This document shows, one piece after another, positions 8,191-18,780 of a stretch of 64,000 nt of DNA. Within the stretch, counting starts at the first letter, position 1. The number at the start of each line of letters is the position of its first letter. Under the pieces are notes generated by a model, which saw only the letters and a list, made by a program, of their open reading frames with translations, was not told the DNA's origin and ran no database searches. A program made the position numbers and the translations under genes. This DNA is from an uncultured bacterium (GTDB lineage: Bacteria; Planctomycetota; Planctomycetia; Pirellulales; PALSA-1355): NCBI GenBank assembly GCA_937975685.1, contig CALJUG010000046.1, positions 84 to 64,083 of the forward strand, written 5' to 3'.

Positions 8191-9801
8191 CTACTCGTGA
8201 CAACCGCAGCCCGCGCCCAGGTTGCTGCGCAAGAGCTGCGAAAGAATCACGTTGCTGCCTTCGGTGGCGATCACTTCGCCCGGCAGCGCGCCGGCCAGAA
8301 GCTCGACGTAGTCGCCGTCGGTGGCACCGGTGCGAACCTGGCGGGGATAGAACACCTTGGGAGCGTCTTCCTGCAGGTAGTCGACATCGCGCACGAACAC
8401 GAACGTGGCGTCGCCGGCCGACTGCACGGCCTCGCGCGGAACGACTACGGCCCGCGGCTGCTCGCGGATCAGGATCGTGCCGGTGCCGAAAGTCTTGTCG
8501 CGCAGCTTACCGTCGCGATTGTCGAGCACAACCCGGGCTTCCAGCGTGCGGGTGCGATGATTCACGGTGGGGCTGACCCAGGAGATCTCGCCTGCGGCCT
8601 GGGCCGTTCCGTCGTCGGTGGCAAACGAGACCGGCTGGCCGAGCTTGATGTACGCTGCGTCCTCCTGCGGCACTTCCAACGAGAGCCACAGCCGGCGCGG
8701 ATCTGCCACGGTGTACAGAACGTCCTCGGCCGTGACCACCTCGCCCACGACGCTATCCGACGCCACCACCACGCCGTAGTACGGGGCACGCACAGCGTAT
8801 AGATTGGCCGAGCGGATGCCACCTGGAAGCGACGCCAGCGTCTCGTCGGGGATGCCGAGGAACCGCAACTCGTCGGCGATCTTCTTCGGATCCTCCTCGT
8901 CGAACGACTCGGGCACGTCGAGCCCCAGGTTGACCAGTGCCTGCCGCGCCGAGATCACCTTTACTTCGGCTTCCTCGAGCGCCGAGCGGCCCTCGGTCAG
9001 CGTGACGCCGGCCACGCCGATGCCCGCGGCCTTCAGCCGCGCGTAGTTGCTCTCGCGCAATCGGCATTCGACGATCGCCTGCAGCAGATCGCTCTTGGCC
9101 TGGCCGACCGCCGCCACGTCCACCAGCGCCATCACGTCGCCCGGCTGCACTTCGTCGCCCAGGATCTTGAACACGTAGGCCACCGTGCCGGGCGCCCGGG
9201 AAGAAAGATGGGCCACGCGGGTGGGATCGAACTCGATCTCGCCGTTGGCCTCCACGGTGTCGGCCATGCGCTGCTCGCCGACCACGTTGACTTCGATGCC
9301 GGCCTTGTCGGCCGCGGCGGCCGAGGCGAACTGCACGCGCCGCTCGTGCAGCATATTGCGGCTGTTGTTCGTGGGACGCGACATCAGGGCCAGGGCCGCG
9401 CGCGTGTCGTACGAGGGCAACTGTGGCTCGCCCTTGACCTGCGCGATTTCCGGATGGCAGATCACGCACTCGGCCACGCCGTGTTCGCCGCAGAAGCCGA
9501 ACTTCGGCGGCGGGTCCTTCAGCTCCTCGCGGCATTCGACGCAGATCGACTCGGGCACGAGATGTTCGTTACACCAGTCATCCGGCGCGGCCGCCGCGGT
9601 GCCGAACAACTCGCCACGGCCGGGCATCTTCCAGCCGGTGTGGTGGCCGAAGTAGAACACGCCGGCCAACAGCGCGAAGACCGCCACGTTGGCAGCGCCG
9701 TGCGAGGCCAACCAGCGCAGCCGCGCGATCCACGACGACGCATCGTGCCCCGTGGGCGGAGTACCGGCAACGTTTGGTGTGGAGGGATGGGCGGTAGCCA
9801 T
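8191..9801 (-). CDS. efflux RND periplasmic adaptor (HlyD/CzcB family) with N-terminal TM anchor and Cys-rich module
   Basis: 536 aa, immediately upstream of the RND pump. It shows the membrane-fusion-protein layout (barrel-sandwich/lipoyl-like GDVMALVD, coiled-coil segment, C-terminal beta domain). Residues 74-117 carry two CHCC modules. Confidence 0.85.
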   Translation of the reverse strand: MATAHPSTPNVAGTPPTGHDASSWIARLRWLASHGAANVAVFALLAGVFYFGHHTGWKMPGRGELFGTAAAAPDDWCNEHLVPESICVECREELKDPPPKFGFCGEHGVAECVICHPEIAQVKGEPQLPSYDTRAALALMSRPTNNSRNMLHERRVQFASAAAADKAGIEVNVVGEQRMADTVEANGEIEFDPTRVAHLSSRAPGTVAYVFKILGDEVQPGDVMALVDVAAVGQAKSDLLQAIVECRLRESNYARLKAAGIGVAGVTLTEGRSALEEAEVKVISARQALVNLGLDVPESFDEEDPKKIADELRFLGIPDETLASLPGGIRSANLYAVRAPYYGVVVASDSVVGEVVTAEDVLYTVADPRRLWLSLEVPQEDAAYIKLGQPVSFATDDGTAQAAGEISWVSPTVNHRTRTLEARVVLDNRDGKLRDKTFGTGTILIREQPRAVVVPREAVQSAGDATFVFVRDVDYLQEDAPKVFYPRQVRTGATDGDYVELLAGALPGEVIATEGSNVILSQLLRSNLGAGCGCHE

Positions 9802-9977
9802 GATATTTGCTCTTTCTTCCCGCGGGCCATGCAGCCCGAGTGATCGGTCGACGAGAACTTTCCGCGAAGCGCACCGGAAGACGTACCGGCGGCGCTGGTC
9901 TCAGAAGCACGAAGGGCGCACACGCTACGACGGATGATAGTGCGTCGGGGTGCGGGGACTCCGCGCGAGATGCGGAA

Positions 9978-10427
9978 TCAGCAGCGCAAGACGACCGAGG
10001 CGCGCTCAGCAAGCGCAGCAGAAAGCGCAGGCGGGCCGGAATCAAGGGCTTCGGCCGCCGACGAGCACGATGCGACGCGCCAGATCGAGCACGGCGTAAC
10101 TGCGGCGAAGTGCGCGGCCGACACCTGCTGTTGATCGACGTCGGCCTTTGAGGACCGAGTGGCAACTTGCGGCTCGGTGATTTGGACGTGGTCGCAGCCG
10201 CACGGGTCGCCATCGCCGCGCGGTTGCTCTTCGCGATGCGAGTGCTCCTCGCAAGCCGTGTCGTGGCAGCAAGCCACGGCTGCCTCATCGTGACAGCAGC
10301 CGCACGTGGCCGGCCCGAAATCGACGCAGCACGCGCCATCGCTATCCAAACACAGGTAGAGCGGCGACGCGTTCCAGGAAAGGAGTTGCGTCGCGACGAC
10401 CAGCAGCGATAGGGGCGTTTTGAGCAT
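9978..10427 (-). CDS. secreted Cys/His-cluster protein (14 Cys), upstream of the RND operon
   Basis: Start chosen at MLKTPLSLLVVATQLLS (ATG at 10427). CC/CGCC/CCH/CGC clusters: GACCVDFGPATCGCCHDEAAVACCHDTACEEHSH...PCGCDH. Same strand as the efflux operon and 176 nt upstream of it. Confidence 0.6.
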   Translation of the reverse strand: MLKTPLSLLVVATQLLSWNASPLYLCLDSDGACCVDFGPATCGCCHDEAAVACCHDTACEEHSHREEQPRGDGDPCGCDHVQITEPQVATRSSKADVDQQQVSAAHFAAVTPCSIWRVASCSSAAEALDSGPPALSAALAERASVVLRC

Positions 10428-10621
10428 CGGGGCAAGTTGGGTCGCTCGAGAACGAATCGTCAACTCTATTCTTGTGATTCGCGATGGCCCGGTCAACGCA
10501 GGAATCCAGCGAACGACCGGCCGGCCCGCCATCCTTATTTACGTACGAGCGACGGTGGCTGTGCACGCATTGCTAGCGACCCTTTTGCGGGGATTTCCTT
10601 GGGGGTGGTGTACGGATGCTA

Positions 10622-10664
10622 TTGCGTCGATGTACAGACGTATATTATAGTAGGAACCAGGTTC
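10622..10664 (+). promoter_or_regulatory. candidate lexA promoter (TTGCGT-N18-TATAGT) with an overlapping palindromic operator candidate GAACCAGGTTC
   Basis: -35-like element at 10622-10627 and -10-like at 10646-10651. A perfect 11-nt palindrome at 10654-10664 lies 29 nt upstream of the lexA ATG, with GAGGA 8 nt before the ATG. The GAAC/GTTC arms recall the Gram-positive-type SOS box GAAC-N4-GTTC, but the spacer here is 3 nt. Confidence 0.4.
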
Positions 10665-10692
10665 GTTACCCGCGATCCCGAGGAACCCCAGC

Positions 10693-11298
10693 ATGATGTC
10701 CGTCATGGAACAGTTGACCGAGCGTCAACGCGACGTCTACGAGTTTGTGCGCGACAAGATTCGCAACCGCGGCTACGGCCCCACGGTGCGTGAAATCGGC
10801 GAGCGCTTCCGCATCAGTTCGCCCAACGGCGTGATGTGCCACCTGAAGGCCCTGGAAAAAAAGGGCCTCATCACCCGCGAGCCCAACATGTCGCGGGCCA
10901 TTCAGTTGGCAACCGAGCCGATCGAAGACAAGGGTCTGCCGCTGGCCGGGCGGATTGCCGCCGGCGTGATGCACGAGGCCATCGAACAGGACGAACGCGT
11001 CGACTTCGAGGCCATGTTCAACCACAAGAACCTGTTCGTGCTCGAAGTCACCGGCGAGTCGATGATCGACGCCCAGATTGCCGACGGCGACTACGTCGTG
11101 GTGCGCAAGCAGCGCACGGCGCGCGACGGTCAGATCGCGGTGGTGCAAAGCGACGAGGGTGAGGCGACGCTCAAGCGCTTCTACCTGGAGAAAAACCGCA
11201 TCCGCCTGGAGCCGGCTAACGCCACGATGAAGCCCATCTACGTCAAGAATGCCAAGATTCTCGGCGTGGTCGTGGGCGTAGTGCGCAAGGTCGACTAG
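10693..11298 (+). CDS. lexA: LexA repressor (SOS regulator, S24 peptidase)
   Basis: 201 aa. Winged-helix N-terminus LTERQRDVYEFVRDKIRNRGYGPTVREIGERF. C-terminal S24 domain with VTGESMIDAQIADGDYVVV (catalytic Ser) and LKRF (Lys). Confidence 0.92.
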   Translation: MMSVMEQLTERQRDVYEFVRDKIRNRGYGPTVREIGERFRISSPNGVMCHLKALEKKGLITREPNMSRAIQLATEPIEDKGLPLAGRIAAGVMHEAIEQDERVDFEAMFNHKNLFVLEVTGESMIDAQIADGDYVVVRKQRTARDGQIAVVQSDEGEATLKRFYLEKNRIRLEPANATMKPIYVKNAKILGVVVGVVRKVD

Positions 11299-11330
11299 CG
11301 TTTTGAGCGTCTGGCGGCCGCGAACGCCGG

Positions 11331-11768
11331 CTAGCGCGCTACGTCAACTTTGAATAGAAAGCGACCGAGGGAGAACGTGCGATTGCCGTCTCGCTTTGGC
11401 GGCTTGAATCGCTTGATGGCGAACAGGTCCGCACCCTCGACGCCGGCCACCGCGACGCGAACCGCTGAGAGCAGGTCCGTTTCCGGCGTGACGTAGACGT
11501 CACCTTCGCCCAGCCCCGCACCTACCTCATCTAGCGACGGGTCGTTGAGCAGTTCAAGCTCCAACTCTTCGCGAGGCTCGTACCCCGCGTATCGGTCTGT
11601 TGAAGGCGCGCGGGCCGCGCACAGGTCGCTTGGCCCCAGCACGTTGCGCGGAGCCAGCAAATCGGGATGCGATTGCGGGGTGGGCGCGTGGTCGGCCAGG
11701 GCGTCGGCCAGCGGGGGATTCGAGAAAGCCAGGAACAAGCAGAGGTTCAGCACGGTATCGGGAGTCAT
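11331..11768 (-). CDS. hypothetical protein, third gene of the HK-RR operon
   Basis: 145 aa ORF that starts 44 nt after the response regulator stop, with GGAGA 7 nt before its ATG. Hydrophobic N-terminus MTPDTVLNLCLFLAF. No family recognised. Confidence 0.55.
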   Translation of the reverse strand: MTPDTVLNLCLFLAFSNPPLADALADHAPTPQSHPDLLAPRNVLGPSDLCAARAPSTDRYAGYEPREELELELLNDPSLDEVGAGLGEGDVYVTPETDLLSAVRVAVAGVEGADLFAIKRFKPPKRDGNRTFSLGRFLFKVDVAR

Positions 11769-11812
11769 GGTGCGTCTCCGGGGAGGTGCATCAAAGGGCG
11801 AAGGACGGTGGG

Positions 11813-13180
<1,368 letters not shown>

Positions 13181-13190
13181 CTTGAGGCGA

Positions 13191-14828
13191 TTATGCGGCT
13201 TGGTAGCGATGACTTGGCTCCTTTTGCTTCTCTGACAGAGGCAGCGAAACGCGGAATCGCGATCCGCAACCCGGCCCGTCGCTGTGGACGTCGATTTGCC
13301 CGCCGTGATCGGCGACGATGCGATAGGTGATCGAAAGCCCCAGGCCCGTGCCCTGTCCGGTCCGCTTGCGCGTGTAGAACGGTTCGAACAGGTGCTTGAG
13401 CACTTCCGCGGTCATGCCGCAGCCGTCGTCAGTAAAGACGATCTCGGCCGCCGTTTCGGTCTCAAACAGCTCGATCACCAGCCGTCCGCCGGCCGACACG
13501 CAGTCGAGCGCGTTGGTGATCAGGTTCAGCACGACCTGTTTCATTTCCTGCGGGTTGACCGGCGCGATGACCGACGCGCCCGCCGCGAACTCCAGATGCT
13601 TGTCCTGGTAGCGTCCCAGGTGGCCGACCATGTCGATCACCCCCTGGATCAGCTCGCGCAAGTCGGTGGGCTGGCGGGTGACGTCGCCCATGCGCGAGAA
13701 GTCGAGCAGCCGTTCGGTGATGCCTTTGCAGCGGAAGGCTTCTTCTTGAATCATCCGCACGTAGTCGCGAATCACTTCGCCGTCGCCCTCGGCGATGTCG
13801 GGCGCCGCGGCGAGCACCTCGTCGAGCCGGCTCTCGAGCGATTCGCCGCACAGCGCGATCGAGGCCAGCGGGTTGTTGATTTCGTGGGCCACGCCGGCGG
13901 CCAGAAAGCCCACGCTGGCCAACTGCTCGCTGCGCACAACCTGCTTGGTCCGCTCGCGCACCTGGCGGTCGAGGTCGTCTCGAATCGACTCGAACCGCGC
14001 GGTCATGTCGTTCATCGCGTCGGCCAGCTCGCCGATCTCGTCGTGGGCATCGCACCGGATGCGATAGCCGAACTCGCCGCTGGCCACGCGGCGCGAGCCT
14101 TTGACCAGCATCCGCAGCGGCTGGACGATCCAGCGATAGAACAACTGAATCAACAGCCCCAACAACAGCACGGCCAGCACCGTGGTGATCCAGGTGAGGA
14201 TGATCAAAGCCCGGTACTGCACGCGCACTTCGTCGGCAAAGTCGTGCATCCGCCGATGCAGGTAGCTGGGCAGCTCGAAGGTGAGGTCCTGCAAAAGGTC
14301 GAGCTCGCGGGCCAACTTGGCGAGCACCTCATCATTGCTGAGCCATTGGCCGTCGATCGATGCGTCGAAGATTCGCTCGAGCGACGCCTCGATCTTGCGC
14401 ACCGTTTCGCGCTCGTTGCTCGAATCGTTGATGTGCGAGGCGTTGGGGTTGTCCTTCTCCAGCTCGCGCAGATGCCGGCGGTAGGTCTCGAGCGTCGCGT
14501 GGACGTCGTCCAGGCCGAGACCGAACTCACGCGCCAGCCGGTCCTCGTCGAGAGGCAGCAGGTCGATGCCCATGTTGAGGATGCCCATGTTCTGGTTGCG
14601 GGCATCGCGGACGCTGCGCACTTCGCCGACGACCACCCGCAGGTCGCTGACGCGCTGGGCCAACTCGCCGGCCACGGGCAGTTCTTCGGCACGTCCGCGC
14701 AGGCTGCGGGCCAGGCTGCGATAGGCGTATACGCCCAGGAAGCCGCTGATCGAGAGCGCAGCGACGATCACCAGCAGCAGGCCGATGCCGAAGAGCAGTT
14801 TCTTGCGAATGGGCCACTTGGAGAGCAA
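13191..14828 (-). CDS. sensor histidine kinase (2 TM, HAMP, HisKA, HATPase_c)
   Basis: H-box AHEINNPLASI and G-boxes DDGCGM / GTGLGLS. Start placed at TTG 14828 (MLSKWPIRKKLLFGIGLLLV), which has AAGGAGG 6 nt upstream. The longer track ORF (to 15230) looks like a GC-driven extension. Confidence 0.85.
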   Translation of the reverse strand: MLSKWPIRKKLLFGIGLLLVIVAALSISGFLGVYAYRSLARSLRGRAEELPVAGELAQRVSDLRVVVGEVRSVRDARNQNMGILNMGIDLLPLDEDRLAREFGLGLDDVHATLETYRRHLRELEKDNPNASHINDSSNERETVRKIEASLERIFDASIDGQWLSNDEVLAKLARELDLLQDLTFELPSYLHRRMHDFADEVRVQYRALIILTWITTVLAVLLLGLLIQLFYRWIVQPLRMLVKGSRRVASGEFGYRIRCDAHDEIGELADAMNDMTARFESIRDDLDRQVRERTKQVVRSEQLASVGFLAAGVAHEINNPLASIALCGESLESRLDEVLAAAPDIAEGDGEVIRDYVRMIQEEAFRCKGITERLLDFSRMGDVTRQPTDLRELIQGVIDMVGHLGRYQDKHLEFAAGASVIAPVNPQEMKQVVLNLITNALDCVSAGGRLVIELFETETAAEIVFTDDGCGMTAEVLKHLFEPFYTRKRTGQGTGLGLSITYRIVADHGGQIDVHSDGPGCGSRFRVSLPLSEKQKEPSHRYQAA

Positions 14829-15111
14829 CGGCGACCTCCTTGTCGCAGCTATTGCTTTGCCAGGCGAGGGGCAACTTCTTGTTCTCGCGGCCCGCCGGGG
14901 CCGAAAGGGGCCGCAGAGTGTAGCATCAAGCGGCGTCGCCGGGCAAGACAAAGCGCGGCGATGATTTGCACTGCCGCCGACTGCATGCTGCGCGCAGCCG
15001 AAGCGATCTTGACCCAAAGCGACCAGGCACGCTAGGGTTCGCAGGCCGTCCTGCCTTCCCTCCGTCTCGCGCTTCGTGTGCGAGCACTGCTTCGCGTCGG
15101 AAACGTGCTGC

Positions 15112-16608
15112 ATGTCCACCGCCGATTCTCCGCAATCCGCCGATACGGCCGCCGGCCCACCCCGGCACAAGCACTGGTTGTGGCCGACCCGCCGCCGCGT
15201 GATCCTGGGGCTGGTCGTGGCACTGGCCATTTGGGGCTGGCTCGACGTGCGCCGGCGTGGCGAGTCGGATCCCGAACGATGGTGGGAGCAGAAGACCGAC
15301 CTGACCGTTTACACCGAGGCCGGCGCCGCCTTCTTCGACCAGCGCGATCCCTACGAAGTGACGAACCTCCGCGGCTGGAAGTACCTGTACCTGCCGCTAT
15401 TCGCCATCGTGCTGGCGCCGCTGCACCACCTCGATGCACACGACCAGGTGATGGTCTGGTTCGCGCTCAGCGTGCTGATGGGCTGGGGCTGCTATCACGA
15501 GCTGGTGCGCATCGCGCGCCGCGTGCTGCCGGAAGGAACGCCCCAGGGCCAATTCGGACCGATCCCCGACTGGCTGGGATACACGGCCGTGGCAGCCGTG
15601 ACCCTGCCGGCGCTCAACTGCTTGCAGCGCGGGCAGGTGGGGCTGGCCAAACTGTATCTGCTGCTGCTCGGTTTCCGGCTGCTGATCGAGGGCCGCTCCT
15701 GGTGGCGCGGACTAGCCGGCGGCTTCGCTTTTGCCCTGGCCATTACGTTGAAAATCACCCCCATCGTGCCGGCGGCGATCGCCCTGGGGCAGGCGGGCGT
15801 GGCCGCCTGGAACGCCCACCTGAAGACGCTGTGGGTCCGGGTGTCTGCCGGTTCGCTGGGCACGGTCGCGGGGTTGGCGGCGGCGATCTTGATCGTGCCC
15901 GGGTTGTTGATCGGTTGGCAGACGAACCTCGATCATCTGGACACGTGGTGGAACAAAATCGCCATGCGGGCCGAGAAGACAACCGAAGTCAAGTTTGCCG
16001 GCGACTCCACGTCGGTGCGCAATCAGAGCCTGAGCAACGCTGTGCATCGTCTGGGCAATTGGGCGCACTACGTCCTGGCCGACGGCCCCAACGACGCGGG
16101 CTCGCAGCACGCCACGAAGGACGGTCCGGTTTGGGCCATGGACGCACCGGTTGTGGATCGGGCGCTGTTGGTGCCGCGCTTTCTCGCGGCCTGCCTGGCG
16201 GTGCTGGTCGGCTTTCGGATGGGACGCTCGCAAGATGCGTTGGGACAGGCCGCGGCCTTTGGGCTGGCCTGTATCGCAACACTGGTGATCTTTCCGATCG
16301 CTCGCGGACACTATTACGTGCTGCTGCTGCCGGGGGTCGTGTTCGTCAGCCTGTGGATATTGCGCGATGGCCGACGGCGCCTGGCGCTGACGATGGCCAT
16401 CATCCCGGCGGCGCTCGTGATCGCACACTACGTGGCGCTCAAGCAGGCGGGCCGCATCGGGCTGTTGGGGTTGGGCACGACCGGGTGGTATGCGATCGCC
16501 GGATGCCTGCTGCTGTGGCCGCAAAAGTCCGCAGCCGCGGGGGCAGGTAGCACCCCCGACGAGACGGCGCCGGATGCCAGCACCGACCAGCGGCCACTCG
16601 CCGCTTAG
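15112..16608 (+). CDS. polytopic membrane glycosyltransferase, GT87/DUF2029-like
   Basis: About 498 aa with many TM helices. The N-terminal loop (DLTVYTEAGAAFFDQRDPYEV...WKYLYLPLFAIVLAPL) resembles DUF2029/GT87 mannosyltransferase-like proteins. The start is uncertain (ATG at 15112 or 15076). Confidence 0.6.
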   Translation: MSTADSPQSADTAAGPPRHKHWLWPTRRRVILGLVVALAIWGWLDVRRRGESDPERWWEQKTDLTVYTEAGAAFFDQRDPYEVTNLRGWKYLYLPLFAIVLAPLHHLDAHDQVMVWFALSVLMGWGCYHELVRIARRVLPEGTPQGQFGPIPDWLGYTAVAAVTLPALNCLQRGQVGLAKLYLLLLGFRLLIEGRSWWRGLAGGFAFALAITLKITPIVPAAIALGQAGVAAWNAHLKTLWVRVSAGSLGTVAGLAAAILIVPGLLIGWQTNLDHLDTWWNKIAMRAEKTTEVKFAGDSTSVRNQSLSNAVHRLGNWAHYVLADGPNDAGSQHATKDGPVWAMDAPVVDRALLVPRFLAACLAVLVGFRMGRSQDALGQAAAFGLACIATLVIFPIARGHYYVLLLPGVVFVSLWILRDGRRRLALTMAIIPAALVIAHYVALKQAGRIGLLGLGTTGWYAIAGCLLLWPQKSAAAGAGSTPDETAPDASTDQRPLAA

Positions 16609-17915
16609 GTGTCGAGCACCGAGCTATCGCGGTGGTCCTTGCGGGCGGCCTGGCGGCGGATCTCGTTCATCATGAAACTGATCGAGAGCAGATACTGCCG
16701 CACGGCTTTGCGGTAGTCGCCGGCGGCGACGGCGGCCTGGGCCTCTTCGCCCAGGGAATTGAAGTGGCCCCAGTCGAGCGTCCAGTGTTCGTTGCGCGTC
16801 GCTTCGCGCAGTTGGGCGGCCAGAGCGGCGGCGGCCGCGGCCGTTTCGGCACTGGGCGCGGCGTCGGTTTTGGTGTGCGGGCCCGATCCCAGTGGAGCCC
16901 CCAGCGTCAGGCTGTCGCCCGAGGACGGGGCCGACATGTTTTGCACCAAGGCCACCACGGCGCTGGCCGCTCCGAGAAGCACGCTGACCAGTGCCGCCAT
17001 GAAGTATTCGCTCACGGCCAATGCCAAGGCCACGAGCAGGCAAGCCGCCGTGATGCCCCACAAGGCGGGGTGCGCCGACGCGCTGGACGGGTCGGCCGGC
17101 TCGCTTTGCGATTCGCTGGCCGATTCGGTGGAGACTTGCTCGACGCGAACGGCGATGGCCGTGATGTTGTCCGGCCCGCCGCGCAGATTGGCCACGTCCA
17201 CCAGGGCCCGCACCGCCTCGTTGGGCGAGAGCACGCTGAGCAGCGCGCCGATTTCCTCGTCGGACAACTGCCCGCTCAACCCGTCGCTGCAGAGCAGGAA
17301 GGTGTCGCCCACTTCCAGCGGGAACGGTCCTTCCATGTCGATCTGCACATCGTGATGCGGGCCGAGCGAACGGGTGATGATATTCTTGGGAATGAACCCA
17401 GCCACTTCGCCGCGCGGCATCTGGCCGGCGGCCATCATCTCCCACACCAGGCTGTGGTCGAAGGTGAGCTGCTCGAGCTTGTTGGCGCGGAGGCGATAGA
17501 TGCGGCTGTCGCCCACGTGGGCCGCGACGGCCTGGCCGGGCAGCAGCACCAGGGCGCTGCAGGTCGTGCCCATGCCCTGAAACTCGGCATTGGCCTGGCC
17601 GCGCTGGAAGATGTTGGCGTTGGCCGTGGCCACGGCCTGGCGCAGGGCCGATGGGACCGAACCGGCGGTCTGCTTGCGGTAGGTGTGCGGGACGGTCTCG
17701 CAGGCCATCTTGCTAGCGAGCTCACCGGCCGCGTGCGCCCCCATGCCATCGGCGACGACAAACAAATGGCCGCGGCGGCGCCAATCGGCGTCGTCGCCGG
17801 CCATCGAGACGACGAAAGCGTCCTGGTTGTTGCCGCGCCTCAAGCCCACGTCAGACAGCGCCGCGGCTACCAAGGCGCCGCGCCCCTCGCCAGCGGGTTG
17901 GGCCGGTTGAGTCAT
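16605..17915 (-). CDS. membrane-anchored PP2C-family Ser/Thr phosphatase
   Basis: ATG at 17915. LSDVGLRRGNNQDAF, FVVADGMGAHAAGE, LLCSDGL and GGPDNITAIAV are PP2C motifs. They are followed by two TM helices and a roughly 100-aa C-terminal domain. The stop overlaps the convergent GT87 stop by 4 nt. Confidence 0.85.
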   Translation of the reverse strand: MTQPAQPAGEGRGALVAAALSDVGLRRGNNQDAFVVSMAGDDADWRRRGHLFVVADGMGAHAAGELASKMACETVPHTYRKQTAGSVPSALRQAVATANANIFQRGQANAEFQGMGTTCSALVLLPGQAVAAHVGDSRIYRLRANKLEQLTFDHSLVWEMMAAGQMPRGEVAGFIPKNIITRSLGPHHDVQIDMEGPFPLEVGDTFLLCSDGLSGQLSDEEIGALLSVLSPNEAVRALVDVANLRGGPDNITAIAVRVEQVSTESASESQSEPADPSSASAHPALWGITAACLLVALALAVSEYFMAALVSVLLGAASAVVALVQNMSAPSSGDSLTLGAPLGSGPHTKTDAAPSAETAAAAAALAAQLREATRNEHWTLDWGHFNSLGEEAQAAVAAGDYRKAVRQYLLSISFMMNEIRRQAARKDHRDSSVLDT

Positions 17916-18195
17916 CGCAACATGTGTTCTTGGACGGCGGTTGCTTGTCCGATCGCTCCAGAGACCCCATTCTAACCCAGGCGCAGAATGCATAACAGGC
18001 CCTGGGCGAGGCACATCGGCTGGCGAATCCCCCCTTATCTTATTCGATGCGCTGCTGTCATGATTGGCAACTTGCCGGCACGAATCTGTCTGGCGGAACC
18101 GCAGCGGCTGTTCTATACTCCCCGCCCGGCGCATTCGCGGCCGAAGGTCCCATCCGCATTCGCGGCACGTCCCGAAAGTCGAATTCCCGTCTACC

Positions 18196-18744
18196 GTGAC
18201 GCTTCGCCAACCCTCGCGAGCATTGAACCGCATAGGCCGCGGCCTGATCTGGCTGTTGGTGCTGTCGGCCTGCGCAGTGGAAAGCGGCTGCGTGCAGCGG
18301 CGGCTGACGATTCGATCCAACCCGCCGGGGGCGCAGGTGTACGTCGACGACTACCCGATCGGCATCACGCCGGTCTCGACCGACTTCGTGTACTACGGCA
18401 CGCGCAAGATGCGGCTGGTGAAGAGCGGCTACGAGACCATGACCGTGCTGCAGCCGATTCCGGCCCCCTGGTATCAGTACCCGGGCCTGGACTTCGTGAC
18501 CGAGAATCTAATTCCCGGCGAGATCCGCGACGAGCGCGTGGTCGACTACCAGCTACAACCGCAGCAGGTCGTGCCCAACGTTCAGCTCCTGGAGCGCGGC
18601 GAGAATCTGCGTCACGCGGCATCGGGACCGACGCCGCCGCCCGTGCCGGCTGGTCCGACGATCGGCGAGCCGCCCACGCTGCGCCCCGGGTTGCCGGCTT
18701 CGCCGCCGCCCACGCGACGGCCGGGCAGCCCGTTTAGCCAGTAG
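18196..18744 (+). CDS. PEGA-domain lipoprotein with Pro-rich C-terminus
   Basis: Lipobox LLVLSAC. RLTIRSNPPGAQVYVDDYPIGITP is a PEGA-type motif. The start is uncertain: GTG at 18196, or TTG at 18223 (giving MNRIGRGLIWLLVLSAC). Confidence 0.7.
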   Translation: MTLRQPSRALNRIGRGLIWLLVLSACAVESGCVQRRLTIRSNPPGAQVYVDDYPIGITPVSTDFVYYGTRKMRLVKSGYETMTVLQPIPAPWYQYPGLDFVTENLIPGEIRDERVVDYQLQPQQVVPNVQLLERGENLRHAASGPTPPPVPAGPTIGEPPTLRPGLPASPPPTRRPGSPFSQ

Positions 18745-18780
18745 GGTTCGCGCAGCGACGTTTGGCTGCCGCGCACCAAA

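Noticed and set aside
14847-14862. Sigma-54-like TGGCAA-N6-TAGCT (minus strand) just upstream of the histidine kinase.
   Set aside because: The GG/GC spacing is correct, but the predicted transcription start would fall inside the kinase's own Shine-Dalgarno. The match is only partial, which is not enough to call.
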